A stretch of DNA of 64,000 nt from Bacteriovoracia bacterium (GCA_050251055.1 JBFWNL010000002.1:96001-160000), one strand, 5' to 3'. Counted from the first letter of the stretch, positions 18,204 to 28,173 are shown. Numbers and translations: made by a program. Notes: a model not told the origin generated them from the sequence alone.

Positions 18204-19049
18204 TTAGTCGATCGTGTAGAACTCGTGGTCTTGCACGATCGGATCCAAGAAGGAGCGATCCAGCAGGTTCTGCAGGAGCTTTTCTTCCACTTCCTTGGTC
18301 TTGGTCTTGGTCTTGTCGGTCTTCGCGTCGACCGCTTCGTAAACGTAGAGCTTACGAGCCATCGGGTAGCTAAAGTCACGAACCGTCTTCACGTTCGCTT
18401 CCACGGCCTTGGCTTCGGCGGTGGCGGCCAAAGGCACGGCGCGATTGCCATCACGCTTACCGGAAGCGCCCGAGTAACCGATCGCATCGGCGTCCTTCGA
18501 GGTTTTTTCGGCGATGTCGGCGGTCTCCGCGAGCACGGTGACGCAGTTGCCGAACTTCTTGATGGCGGTGAAGTGCTTAAATGCGTCGGTCGTGCCGGAC
18601 GCGTCGTTACGGCGGTAAACCGTGATCGTACCCGCCTTGCCGGAACCGGCGACCTGCTCCCACTTCGTGATCGTGCACTCGAAGATGGCCTTCACCGTCG
18701 GCAGATCCATGCGGGCGATCTTATTGCTGCCGTTGACGAAGATCGAAAGCGCATCCAGGGCTACGACGTGACCCACGAGCTTGATGCCTTTCTTCGCGGC
18801 CTGATCGGCCACTTCGGGCTTCGCTTCGCGCGACATCGGGGCGATACCTTGTTCTTCGTTAGCGAGGGCAAGCTCGCCCTTGCCGCTGCCGCCGCCCAGG
18901 TAAACAATTTCTTTTTCCATACCGGCCGCGTTGATGGCGTCGGTCATGACGCCGGCCAGGGTGTCCGAGCCTTGGAACGGCACGGGAGCCGCTTGCGCCG
19001 TACCCACGGCGACCACGAGGCTTGCCACTAAGAGATTCAGTTGGTTCAT
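18204..19049 (-). CDS. pstS: PstS-family phosphate-binding protein
   Basis: QGSDT, GGGSGKG, MSR, VALDAL, RRNDASGT, DAIGY and YPMARKLYVY motifs; signal peptide; GGAG RBS before ATG 19049. Confidence 0.9.
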   Translation of the reverse strand: MNQLNLLVASLVVAVGTAQAAPVPFQGSDTLAGVMTDAINAAGMEKEIVYLGGGSGKGELALANEEQGIAPMSREAKPEVADQAAKKGIKLVGHVVALDALSIFVNGSNKIARMDLPTVKAIFECTITKWEQVAGSGKAGTITVYRRNDASGTTDAFKHFTAIKKFGNCVTVLAETADIAEKTSKDADAIGYSGASGKRDGNRAVPLAATAEAKAVEANVKTVRDFSYPMARKLYVYEAVDAKTDKTKTKTKEVEEKLLQNLLDRSFLDPIVQDHEFYTID

Positions 19050-19141
19050 TTTTCTTCTCCTCAAATCAAGATTGGTTTCTCACTACCGCGCCTTTGTACG
19101 GCGGATTCCCGCGACGTTGTTTTAGGTTTCCGTTATGCGCT

Positions 19142-19168
19142 CTTGTGGGTTTGGTGAGCTTGGTAAGC
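19142..19168 (-). promoter_or_regulatory. Tandem 9-bp direct repeats upstream of the pstS-cytochrome operon (possible regulator site)
   Basis: Minus strand GCTTACCAA GCTCACCAA ACCCACAAG. Confidence 0.3.
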
Positions 19169-19271
19169 GACCGTAATGCATGGCATTATCCCTCGGCAAG
19201 GTCTTCACCGCCGCGAAAAATGGGCGCTATTCAGTGGAAAATCCCGGCCGCTCCCGCTACACCTGAACGAC

Positions 19272-20174
19272 ATGGCCGATACCTCCAAGATCGAAGAACC
19301 CCGCCGCGTCGTCATCGTTTCCGACGGCACCGGCGAAACCGCCACCCAGATGCTGAAAGCCGTGATGGTGCAGTTTCCCGATCGCAAGGTGACTTATACG
19401 CGGTACAAAAACGTCCGCACCGAAGCCCAGCTCGAGGCCATCTGCGATGCGGCCGCGAAAAGCGAAGACCTACTGCTCTTCACCATCGTTTCTCCCGAGT
19501 TAAAGAAATTTCTCACCGCTAAAGCGGCCGAACAAAAAGTCGATTGCATCGATCTCTTGGGTCCCCTGCTGATGGGTCTAGCCAAGCATTTCGGCTACGA
19601 GCCCAAGCTGGTCGCCGGTATCCTGCACGGGGTGAACGAAAGCTATTACCGCCGCATTGAAGCCATGGAATACACCATTGCCCACGACGATGGGCGCGAT
19701 CTCACGGGCCTCGAAAAAGCGGACCTTGTGATCCTCGGAATCTCGCGTACCTCGAAAACGCCGCTGTCGATGTACCTCTCGCACCAAGGTTGGCGCGTCG
19801 CGAACATCCCCCTCATTCGCGGATTTTCGCTTCCCGAAGAGTTAAAAGACGTCGACCAGCGCAAGATCGTGGCACTCACCATCGATCCCGACGAGCTCTC
19901 CCAAATCCGGCGCGCTCGTTTGGAGCGCCTGGGCCAAGACAAGGGCGGAGACTATGCCGATCTGGAGCGCGTGATCCAGGAAGTCGATTACGCCAACGAG
20001 CTCTTCAAAAAGAACCGGAAATGGCCAGTGTTCAATGTCACGGGCAAGGCCTTGGAAGAAACCGCCAGCGAAATCATAAAAACCATGTCATCTCGCAGGC
20101 TTGTACCGCCCCACACCTTAGAAAATATGATGCAAACGGGCTTGTCTTCTCCCGTCAGTGATGTAAAGACCTAA
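19272..20174 (+). CDS. PEP synthase / pyruvate phosphate dikinase regulatory protein (kinase-pyrophosphorylase, DUF299)
   Basis: VSDGTGETA, RIEAMEYTIAHDDG and GISRTSKTPLSMYL motifs. Confidence 0.95.
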   Translation: MADTSKIEEPRRVVIVSDGTGETATQMLKAVMVQFPDRKVTYTRYKNVRTEAQLEAICDAAAKSEDLLLFTIVSPELKKFLTAKAAEQKVDCIDLLGPLLMGLAKHFGYEPKLVAGILHGVNESYYRRIEAMEYTIAHDDGRDLTGLEKADLVILGISRTSKTPLSMYLSHQGWRVANIPLIRGFSLPEELKDVDQRKIVALTIDPDELSQIRRARLERLGQDKGGDYADLERVIQEVDYANELFKKNRKWPVFNVTGKALEETASEIIKTMSSRRLVPPHTLENMMQTGLSSPVSDVKT

Positions 20175-20210
20175 AGTTCCAGGGGAAAAGCAGAGAGAAA
20201 GGACAGCTTC

Positions 20211-21146
20211 ATGGCACGCGGCTCTCAAGTATGGCTCAACGGAAAAATCCTTCCGGCGGAGAATGCAAAAATCAGTCTTTTCACTCACGGCCTGCATTAC
20301 GGCACGGGCGCCTTTGAAGGCATCCGCGCGTACAAGCAGGCGCGTGGCGGCGGAGCGATCTTCCGCTTGCACGAACACATGGTTCGTCTCTACGAATCGA
20401 TGAAAATCCTCGGGCTTGAGCTCCCCTACACGCCCGAAACGCTTTGCGATGCCGCCGTGGCCATCTGCAAAGCCAATAACTTCGAAGAATGTTACCTGCG
20501 TCCAATCACTTTCACCGGCGACGGCCCGCTGGGAGTAGACTGCGGTCCCACGCCGCCGATCGACGTCGCGATCGTTACCTGGGAGTGGGGAAAATACTTG
20601 GGTGACCAAGGCGTGCAGAAGGGCGCCAAGCTCATGATCTCGAGCTTCATCCGCCCGCATGTGAACTCCATCATGACCAAAGGCAAAATCACCGGCAGCT
20701 ACGTCACCGGCGTGATGGCCCGCCGCGAAGCCGTAGCTAAGGGCTACGATGAGGCGCTTCTGCTCGACCCGTCGGGTTTCCTTTCCGAGGGCAGCGGTGA
20801 GAACATTTTCATGATCAAGAATGGTGTAATCAAGACCACGCCGCTCACCTCGATCCTGGGCGGCATTACCCGCGCAACCGTGATCGACCACCTCAGTGAA
20901 CAGGGCCACACCGTGATCGAAGGTCGCTTCTCGCGCGACGAACTCTGGTGTGCCGACGAAGTGTTCCTGACCGGCACCGCCGCCGAGATCACGCCCGTAC
21001 GCGAGATCGACGACCGCCTGATCGGCCGCGGCCCCGACGCCGGCAAGCCGGGCCCGATCACGACGAAGCTCCAGCGTGACTACATGAGCATCGTGCGCGG
21101 CGACTTGCCCCCTTACGGCAAGAACTGGCTGACTCCCATTAGATAA
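20211..21146 (+). CDS. ilvE: Branched-chain amino acid aminotransferase
   Basis: HGLHYGTGAFEGIRAY, EGSGENIF, ILGGITR and EVFLTGTAAEITP motifs. Confidence 0.96.
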   Translation: MARGSQVWLNGKILPAENAKISLFTHGLHYGTGAFEGIRAYKQARGGGAIFRLHEHMVRLYESMKILGLELPYTPETLCDAAVAICKANNFEECYLRPITFTGDGPLGVDCGPTPPIDVAIVTWEWGKYLGDQGVQKGAKLMISSFIRPHVNSIMTKGKITGSYVTGVMARREAVAKGYDEALLLDPSGFLSEGSGENIFMIKNGVIKTTPLTSILGGITRATVIDHLSEQGHTVIEGRFSRDELWCADEVFLTGTAAEITPVREIDDRLIGRGPDAGKPGPITTKLQRDYMSIVRGDLPPYGKNWLTPIR

Positions 21147-21149
21147 CCC

Positions 21150-21452
21150 GTGTGGGTCGGCGTCGGACGGATCGTCCTCGACTTCTACAATAACGATAAC
21201 GTCGCGCTCAAGCGTCGCAAGCTCGAGGAGCTTTGCAAGGACTTACGCCGCGAGTTCAATCTCTCCGCCATGGAAGTCGACGAGCTCGATGATCCCGAAA
21301 AGTGCGTCTTTGGATTTGCCGCCGTCATGCCCGCGGGATGGAAAGAACAAAGCGCCCGTAGCTTCGTACAGAAAATTTGCGAGAAAATCGATCAGACTGC
21401 GTTCGGTCGCGTGATGGTGGACGACTGGGATGTTTGGAGCTACGGGGAATAG
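21150..21452 (+). CDS. DUF503-like small protein
   Basis: MWVGV..., LKRRKL...LRREFNLSAMEV pattern resembling YlxP/DUF503. Confidence 0.65.
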   Translation: MWVGVGRIVLDFYNNDNVALKRRKLEELCKDLRREFNLSAMEVDELDDPEKCVFGFAAVMPAGWKEQSARSFVQKICEKIDQTAFGRVMVDDWDVWSYGE

Positions 21453-21467
21453 AGACCCTAAATGGGA

Positions 21468-22487
21468 CTAAAACTGCTCCATCGCCTGCAGGATCTCGGC
21501 CGGGGTAACGGTCGCGGTTCCGCGCTTGCTCACCTCGACGCCCGCCGCGAGATTTGCCAGCACCGCCGCATCTTCCAGTGACGCCTTCGTGGCCAGGGCC
21601 AGCGCCAGCACCGAAACCACCGTGTCGCCCGCCCCCGATACGTCGAAGACTTCCCGCGCGTAGGTAGGAATCTTGGTCATCGCACCCAAGGCTCCCGCCG
21701 AAAAAACCGCCATCCCGTCTTTGCCGAGCGTAATGAACACGTGTTGCCCGCCGGTCGCCCCCAAAATTTTTTCGCCGGCGTTCAGCAGGGTCTTTTCATC
21801 TTCAATGCGTACGCCCGCCAGGGCTTCCGCCTCGCGCCGGTTCGGCGTGAGCACGTTCGCGCCGCGGTACCGCGAAAGGGGCGTACTCTCATGTGGATCC
21901 ACGAGGACCAGACGTTGGGACTTCTTTGCCTCCGTAAATACGTGCGCCGCCAAGCGCTCCGAGATCAAACCTTTCGCGTAGTCCTGCAAGATCACCACGT
22001 CCACGCGGGCGAGCAACTCCGAGATCTTCCGCAATAGCTTTTCTTCCGTCGCCGCATCCGTCGGCGTCGTGTTCTCGTAGTCCACCCGCAGGAGCTGCTG
22101 ACGTTCGCTGACCACGCGCTCCTTGAGGATCGTGCGGCGTTTGGCATCGACGACCAGGTCGGAGGCGTCAATCCCCGTTGCCGTCAACACCGCCCGGAAG
22201 TCGTCGGCCACACGATCGGTCCCCACTAGGCCCGTCAAGCGCGGCTTACCCGCGAGCGCCGCGACATTGTCGGCGACGTTTGCAGCTAGGCCGAGCTTGT
22301 GTTGCTCTTCGGTCACGCGCACGATCGGCACGGGGGCCTCCGGCGAAATGCGCTCAACCGCGCCCACGGTATAGCGATCCAGGCCTACGTCACCGATCAC
22401 GAGCACCGAAGTGCCTTGAAATGCCTTGAGCGCCGTCGTCAGATGGGCGCGGTTCCAGTCAGCGGGGGGAAGGGTTTTCGTTTTCAT
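21468..22487 (-). CDS. hldA: D-glycero-beta-D-manno-heptose-7-phosphate kinase (RfaE domain I)
   Basis: GDVGLD, RISPEAPVP, DYAKG, TPNRRE and EVFDVSGAGDT motifs. Confidence 0.95.
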   Translation of the reverse strand: MKTKTLPPADWNRAHLTTALKAFQGTSVLVIGDVGLDRYTVGAVERISPEAPVPIVRVTEEQHKLGLAANVADNVAALAGKPRLTGLVGTDRVADDFRAVLTATGIDASDLVVDAKRRTILKERVVSERQQLLRVDYENTTPTDAATEEKLLRKISELLARVDVVILQDYAKGLISERLAAHVFTEAKKSQRLVLVDPHESTPLSRYRGANVLTPNRREAEALAGVRIEDEKTLLNAGEKILGATGGQHVFITLGKDGMAVFSAGALGAMTKIPTYAREVFDVSGAGDTVVSVLALALATKASLEDAAVLANLAAGVEVSKRGTATVTPAEILQAMEQF

Positions 22488-23520
22488 ATTTCATTTGCGC
22501 CATGACTTGATCCAGCACCGCGGGCACACCGAGGGTACTCATATCCCCGCCCCGCGCGCCCGGCGTGAGCACAGCCGCGCGTTCGCCCGCGACTCCGTAG
22601 GGTCCCCAACGCCGCGGACTCTCCTGGATCGGATTTTCCGGATAAAGGCCAACCACGCGTTTCCCTAAGGCCACCGCGATATGGAGCGGCCCCGTGCTCG
22701 GCGCGACTACCACTTTGGCAAAACACAAAAGGCCCACCAGATTTTGGATCGGATCATTCGGTCCGGCTAGATAGGCAAAATTCTTACCCAAGCCCAACTC
22801 GTCGGCCAGAGCATGCTCGGCCGGCCCAAACGTACCCAGCACAATATAGCCAGAACCAATCAAGCGATGCACGAGCTCGCGATAGCTTGCCATCGGCCAG
22901 TTTTGGGCGGAGCCCCCCATGCCCGGATGCACGGCCACGAGCTTACCCATCGCCGAAGCGTCCAAACCACGCTTCTCAAGCCAATCCCGGGCCCAGTCAC
23001 GCGCTTCCTCCTTCACCACGATGCGAGTGGGGAACTTCTCCGGAGAAAACTCACCGACCGGCAACCCCAGCGCAGAAAGCAGGTCCAAATTGTACTGGGC
23101 TTCGTGTTTCTCCACCTGGGAGCGGCGCTGCCGAATACCGGCGTTGAACAAAACAAAGGAATACGGCTTACTCAGAGGCCCTACCCGCACGGGAATGCCC
23201 GCTAGACGCGCGGCCAACGCAAGCTTCGGGTGGGGGTGCAAGAAGACCACGGCATCGAAACGCCGCTCTTGAAACAGGCTCACCCAGCCCATGAAACCGC
23301 GGCGCCGATCCAAAGGCAGCACTTCAGAAACCCCGGGTAACCCCTCGATCAACGGCGCCACCTCCCACGCCACGAGCGCGGTCACGCGCGCGCGCGGTAA
23401 GCGCTCCGAAAGGGCCTGGAAAACCGGTGTGGAAAGAATCACATCGCCGATCCGATCGGGTCGTATCACGAGGATGTTCTTGAATTTCGCGCCGAGCGCG
23501 GCCGTTCTTCCGCTTTCCAT
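22459..23520 (-). CDS. Glycosyltransferase family 9 (LPS heptosyltransferase-like)
   Basis: ILVIRPDRIGDVILSTP, HPG...NWP and STGPLHIAVALG motifs. Confidence 0.92.
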   Translation of the reverse strand: MESGRTAALGAKFKNILVIRPDRIGDVILSTPVFQALSERLPRARVTALVAWEVAPLIEGLPGVSEVLPLDRRRGFMGWVSLFQERRFDAVVFLHPHPKLALAARLAGIPVRVGPLSKPYSFVLFNAGIRQRRSQVEKHEAQYNLDLLSALGLPVGEFSPEKFPTRIVVKEEARDWARDWLEKRGLDASAMGKLVAVHPGMGGSAQNWPMASYRELVHRLIGSGYIVLGTFGPAEHALADELGLGKNFAYLAGPNDPIQNLVGLLCFAKVVVAPSTGPLHIAVALGKRVVGLYPENPIQESPRRWGPYGVAGERAAVLTPGARGGDMSTLGVPAVLDQVMAQMKYENENPSPR

Positions 23521-23522
23521 CT

Positions 23523-24293
23523 TTAATTTCCTGTTCCGGTATACTTCTCGGTGATTCTCAAAAGCGCCCGGATGATCGAAACCATCAACTGGACGACCTC
23601 GTTTAAAGTCATGTGCGTGGTATCAAACTGAATGGCCTCGTCCGCCTTTTTTAATGGGGCCTGCTTGCGCGTGGAATCAGCGTGATCGCGCTTGGCGATC
23701 TGCTCCTTGAGCTCGTCGTAGCTTGGCGCGACTCCGCCGGAAGCCATGAGTTCGGCTAAGCGGCGATCGGCCCGCGCCTCGAGCGAGGCCGTAAGGAAAA
23801 ACTTCACGTCGGCGTCCGGAAAAATCACGGTACCGATATCCCGTCCCTCCAGCACGGCCTGCCCGGAAGACCCCAGGCGTCGCTGCAGATCCACGAGCGC
23901 GTTGCGCACGCCGGGGACGCCCGACACAAGCGAAGCGCCCATGCTCACTTCCGGCGTACGAATCCGGGCCGTTACGTCCTGACCATTCACCAAAATCCGA
24001 TTCGCCGGCTTCAACTTAGGGCTACGCTGAAACTCGAGCTTAGCGCTTTGCGCGACGCCCGTCACCGCCGCGGCGGCGGAGTCGTCTAGCTCCGTTTGTT
24101 CGCCGCCAATAATGCCTTTTTCCAAGCACACGAGCGCGATGGCGCGATAAAGCGCACCCGTATCCACGTGCACGAATCCAAGTGCATCGGAAATCATTTT
24201 AGTAGCCGAGCTCTTTCCCGTGCCCGCTGGGCCATCGATGGCTACGACGAAATTCCGCTTAGTCACGATTGAGTCCGAGGTGGTGGCCGTCAT
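23523..24293 (-). CDS. cmk: Cytidylate kinase
   Basis: AIDGPAGTGKS, DTGALYR, EGRDIGTVIFPDA and RDHADSTR motifs. Confidence 0.97.
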   Translation of the reverse strand: MTATTSDSIVTKRNFVVAIDGPAGTGKSSATKMISDALGFVHVDTGALYRAIALVCLEKGIIGGEQTELDDSAAAAVTGVAQSAKLEFQRSPKLKPANRILVNGQDVTARIRTPEVSMGASLVSGVPGVRNALVDLQRRLGSSGQAVLEGRDIGTVIFPDADVKFFLTASLEARADRRLAELMASGGVAPSYDELKEQIAKRDHADSTRKQAPLKKADEAIQFDTTHMTLNEVVQLMVSIIRALLRITEKYTGTGN

Positions 24294-24298
24294 GATGC

Positions 24299-25501
24299 TT
24301 ACCCCTTGCCTCTCTTCGTGCGCCGAACGCCACCGCTCGACGTCCGCCCATTTGCTTTCGCCTTACGTGCCACCCGGCCCCCTGGCATCTCATCCCGCAA
24401 GGCTTCGATGGCCACGCGATTTTCATCCGGGGTGCCGACCGTGATTCTCAGCGCATTCATCAGGCCGTAATTCGCGACCGGGCGGAAAATCACGCCCTTA
24501 CGGAGGCAAGCCAGATAGACGTCTCCGCCCCGCTTGCCCAAGCCCTTGCCCACATCGGCCAAGAGAAAATTTCCCTGGCTGGGCCAGTATGGGATTCCCA
24601 TCTCGTCCAGGCTTTTTTCCCAGAGCCGCATACCCACTTGATTACTCTTCACCGAGCTGCGCACGAACGCCACGTCCTTGAGCGCGTGCTCCGCCGCGAG
24701 AAGCCCCGGCGCATTGCAGTTGAAGGGCTGGCGGATTTTTTCCAGGTCCGCGACGATTTCCGCAGAACTTACACCGTAACCCACGCGCAGGCCCGCCAGG
24801 CCATAGATCTTAGAAAAGGTGCGGAGGATAACCAGATTTGGAAACTCTTGCAAAAGTGGGAGCGCGTCCGGCAGATCGCTCGCCGTAACGTATTCCCAGT
24901 ACGCGTAGTCGAGTACCGTCAGCACCGATCCGCCCCGCACGCGGCTTACCTTGCGCAAAAAGTCCCGCAGCTCATCGCCATTCACGTAGGTACCCGTGGG
25001 ATTGTTGGGATTGGCGATGAAAACCACACGCGCGTTTTCATATTCCTCGGCGATCTTCAAAATTCCCGGCAGATCGAAACGCAAATCCTCCGTGTAGGGA
25101 ACCTCTAGCGTCGCAACTCCGTGAATCTGCGCGCAGATACGGTAGGCGACAAATGCCGCCTTCGAAGTCACAATCGCCGTCCCCGGCACGCAATAGGTGC
25201 GGATCACCATGTCGATCACTTCGTTCGAGCCGTTACCGATAAGCAATGACTCAGTCGGAACTTTTAAATGCGCGGAAAGCGCTTTTTTTAAATGGTAGGC
25301 GCTGGCATCTGGATAGCGATGAAGATCCCGTAAGCTTTCTTTCACGGCTTTCATCGCGCGCGGACTGGGACCCCAGGGATTTTCATTCGAGGCGAGCTTC
25401 ACCACGCGCTTGATCCCAAATTCGCGCTGGGTCTCCTCGATGGGTTTTCCCGGAACGTAGGGACTTAAGTTCCGAATGTACTCAGGTGCTTCAAGAGCCA
25501 T
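24299..25501 (-). CDS. hisC: Histidinol-phosphate aminotransferase
   Basis: YVPGKP, KLASNENP, GNGSNE, NPNNPTG and RTFSKIYGLAGLRVGY motifs. Confidence 0.95.
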   Translation of the reverse strand: MALEAPEYIRNLSPYVPGKPIEETQREFGIKRVVKLASNENPWGPSPRAMKAVKESLRDLHRYPDASAYHLKKALSAHLKVPTESLLIGNGSNEVIDMVIRTYCVPGTAIVTSKAAFVAYRICAQIHGVATLEVPYTEDLRFDLPGILKIAEEYENARVVFIANPNNPTGTYVNGDELRDFLRKVSRVRGGSVLTVLDYAYWEYVTASDLPDALPLLQEFPNLVILRTFSKIYGLAGLRVGYGVSSAEIVADLEKIRQPFNCNAPGLLAAEHALKDVAFVRSSVKSNQVGMRLWEKSLDEMGIPYWPSQGNFLLADVGKGLGKRGGDVYLACLRKGVIFRPVANYGLMNALRITVGTPDENRVAIEALRDEMPGGRVARKAKANGRTSSGGVRRTKRGKG

Positions 25502-25507
25502 GGTGTC

Positions 25508-26212
25508 TTACTTGAGTCGGGTAATGCGTTCAACGACTGCATCAATATAGACTCTGGCGGGCGTGGGCTCCAGCTTCTTTTGCGGAATATGCCGGGCCCG
25601 GCGAAATTTCGGGGCAGGCTTCTGCTTACTGAGACGATCAAACTTTCCTGGTCCCATCAGGTAGGCGGCAAAGACGGAAGAGGACTTCCCCTTATATCGG
25701 CCCCGAAGATAAGCCAGATAACCCACCCCCAGCGACAGGTTAATGAAGGGATCTCGTAGTTTTTCCCTAACTTCGGCTTCGCTGCCCAGGTCGATGCCCT
25801 TGCGGGCCGCAATGAAGAGGGCGGTCTTCGGCATGAGCTGCATCAGCCCAATGGCACCCTTGCTGGAAACCGCATCCGTCCGAAAACTGCTCTCGATATG
25901 GATCAGGGCCAAGATCACACCGGGATCTACGGAGTAGCGGACACAGAGTTTTTCGAGGTGTCTCGCCAGGTGAAGACGAGTGCGCGCGTTCATCCGCGGC
26001 AAGGCGGCTTCCAACGCCAAAGGCACCCGGTCAAATGGTACCGTGGGCTTTTCCAGGTAGGTCCATTGACGATTCGGTGCGGGGGCGTAGCCCCAATGTA
26101 TCGCTTCACGTCGGGGGCTGGGCGTGGAGTTCGCCAAAGACATTGCCACCAACTGAAAGCCCACCACCCACGGCAGTTTCGAGCCAAGGAGGCGTTGATT
26201 CAAAAGTTTCAA
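25508..26212 (-). CDS. SLT-family lytic transglycosylase
   Basis: IESSF, AVSSKGAIGLMQLMP and AAY motifs. Start uncertain. Confidence 0.88.
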   Translation of the reverse strand: MKLLNQRLLGSKLPWVVGFQLVAMSLANSTPSPRREAIHWGYAPAPNRQWTYLEKPTVPFDRVPLALEAALPRMNARTRLHLARHLEKLCVRYSVDPGVILALIHIESSFRTDAVSSKGAIGLMQLMPKTALFIAARKGIDLGSEAEVREKLRDPFINLSLGVGYLAYLRGRYKGKSSSVFAAYLMGPGKFDRLSKQKPAPKFRRARHIPQKKLEPTPARVYIDAVVERITRLK

Positions 26213-26266
26213 GCCCTGGCCGTGTACCCAAGCGTCCCATCCCTGTAAAGAAATAGGCCTACTGCG

Positions 26267-26752
26267 TCAGAAAGAATCCCGCGCACCCGAAAGCGGGAGC
26301 GTCATAACGTAAGCGTCTTCTCCGTCCGAGTAAAACGCTTTGCGGACGTGAGTAACTGTAAACTGGGACTTTTGATACAGCTGCAAAGCGGCTGCGTTAG
26401 ACTTCCTCACCTCGAGTTGGATCTGCTTTAAATCCGCTCGGAGTGCTTCATTTATGACGCTTCGTATTAGTTTAATGCCGTACCCGAGCCCCCGATGCGC
26501 TAGATCCACGGCCACGGTAAGAATTTCGGCTCCCTCCGGAAGCAGCCAAAAAACGACATAACCCAATATCCGGGAGTCGGTTTCATCATCCGTAAGCACC
26601 CAAGCCCTCGCATAGGGCTTGGAGAGTTCCCCTCGAAACCCTTCCACCGTCCATGGCGCCTTTTGCACGCGCGCGTCGATCTCGGCCATCTGCGTGAGAT
26701 CGTCGTCCGTCGCGGGACGAATGCTTTGGGAGTCGTTTTGGGTTTCGGACAT
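26267..26752 (-). CDS. rimI: Ribosomal protein S18 alanine N-acetyltransferase
   Basis: PWT, AV...RGLGYG, LEVRKSN and RKAFYSDGEDA motifs. Confidence 0.92.
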   Translation of the reverse strand: MSETQNDSQSIRPATDDDLTQMAEIDARVQKAPWTVEGFRGELSKPYARAWVLTDDETDSRILGYVVFWLLPEGAEILTVAVDLAHRGLGYGIKLIRSVINEALRADLKQIQLEVRKSNAAALQLYQKSQFTVTHVRKAFYSDGEDAYVMTLPLSGARDSF

Positions 26753-26787
26753 ACCGGGTCTGTACCCTCAATCCGACCCCACGGCAA

Positions 26788-28173
26788 TCAGGGTAAAAAG
26801 CCGTCGCAGGTAGATTCGTCGTACTTCGTGGGCTGGGTACCCATATCCTTTCGAAACCGATAGGTGCCTCGCGCATACTCCTGGACTCTCTCGGTGGGAT
26901 AATCCGCCTGGGTAGCGATTTCAAAGGGCGTGAAAGAATCCGTCACCCGCAACGACTCTTGTACGGAACCGGCGACCGTGAGGCCGCTAAATTCGTACCA
27001 GTGACGATAGGCGCGCGATACCATGACCGGCTGATCGTCGCCCTCCCCGCCCCGGCCTACGCGGCGGTATTCAATCCAACTGTGAGTGACGTCCATAGGG
27101 GGAGAAATATTGCACATCCCAGTGCCGCGCGGTCCTTTTAAGATCCATTGGATTCTGGCCGTGGCCCCCATCGGCAGTTCAAACCGAAGCCATCCCTGCC
27201 CGACGTCCCGCAAGGGAATCGCCTCCCCGGTTGGCTCCTGACGAACTGCCAGCTGGAATCGGGACGTACGATAGGCCCGCCGATGATACAGGGTTTCCGG
27301 GTCCGGCGGAGCGTGCGTATGACCCCGATACGAATGAATGGTGGTCACATAGCCGAGTTCAAAATCGGCGGAACTCCTTACCCAAACCGCCGCCGGTGAA
27401 TACGAGCGGTTTGAAATAGTCTGTTCAGCGCCGACGCCGGCCTGGTCCGCGAGAGCCGACCGGAAAGCATCGAGCGAACCATATTGCACCCATTCACGGG
27501 GCGCGGTCAGGGAGACATAGGGCGCCGATCGCACGGCTTGAAACTGGAGGCGCACCCTCACTTTTCTCTCCCCAGGCAAAGAGAGATCCAAACCGACAAA
27601 ATACTTTGCCGTAGGGTCCACTTGGGCGGGATTCAAGGCGCCGCCCATGCCAACAATATCGAGCAAATTCAGGTAGAACCGATCTCCTTCCCGGCTGGCC
27701 ACGTGAGTCCAATCACTACGAACCAACTGCCGGCGCACATCTTCCCTCTCGGCAAAGTAAGTTGCCGACGAGATTGTTTGTCCGTCGATCACATCCGGCC
27801 AAGCCAAGAAAATGGGGACGGCCGTCTCCTTCCCCGTCGGCGCCACTCCCTTCAAGACGATCGGCACGTAAACTGGCCGCTTGAAGTGGATTTCATCCCG
27901 CTGCACCACGAAGTTTTCTTCTTCGGGTTCAACCAAGATTTTCCCGAAGTCCGGCTGAGCTTGATCTTTCTGACTTGCCGCCACGACCATCGGCCGCAAA
28001 GTCAAGGCGATCTGCTCCGCCCCCGCCGGAGGAGGTGCTGGCGCCAGCGCCTCGGCCTGTCGGCGGGGGGTACCGCCGCACGCACTCAGGATTAAAAGAC
28101 CAATCCCAATCTCCAGCCCATACCCCAGCTGGCTTTGGTGAATTCTACGAAACGCGTTTTTGACTTTGTACAT
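26788..28173 (-). CDS. Hypothetical lipoprotein
   Basis: 461-aa ORF with a hydrophobic stretch and lipobox ILSAC; beta-rich; no family recognised. Confidence 0.7.
   Translation of the reverse strand: MYKVKNAFRRIHQSQLGYGLEIGIGLLILSACGGTPRRQAEALAPAPPPAGAEQIALTLRPMVVAASQKDQAQPDFGKILVEPEEENFVVQRDEIHFKRPVYVPIVLKGVAPTGKETAVPIFLAWPDVIDGQTISSATYFAEREDVRRQLVRSDWTHVASREGDRFYLNLLDIVGMGGALNPAQVDPTAKYFVGLDLSLPGERKVRVRLQFQAVRSAPYVSLTAPREWVQYGSLDAFRSALADQAGVGAEQTISNRSYSPAAVWVRSSADFELGYVTTIHSYRGHTHAPPDPETLYHRRAYRTSRFQLAVRQEPTGEAIPLRDVGQGWLRFELPMGATARIQWILKGPRGTGMCNISPPMDVTHSWIEYRRVGRGGEGDDQPVMVSRAYRHWYEFSGLTVAGSVQESLRVTDSFTPFEIATQADYPTERVQEYARGTYRFRKDMGTQPTKYDESTCDGFLP

Noticed and set aside
18295-18314. 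(TTGGTC)x3 microsatellite in pstS
   Set aside because: In-frame KT repeat in a probable loop; too short to imply phase variation.
18024-19031. 335-aa plus-strand ORF
   Set aside because: Antisense shadow of pstS with no motifs.
19110-19140. Possible Pho box (TAAC/TAAA at 11-bp spacing)
   Set aside because: The match to the CTGTCAT-type consensus is too weak to call.
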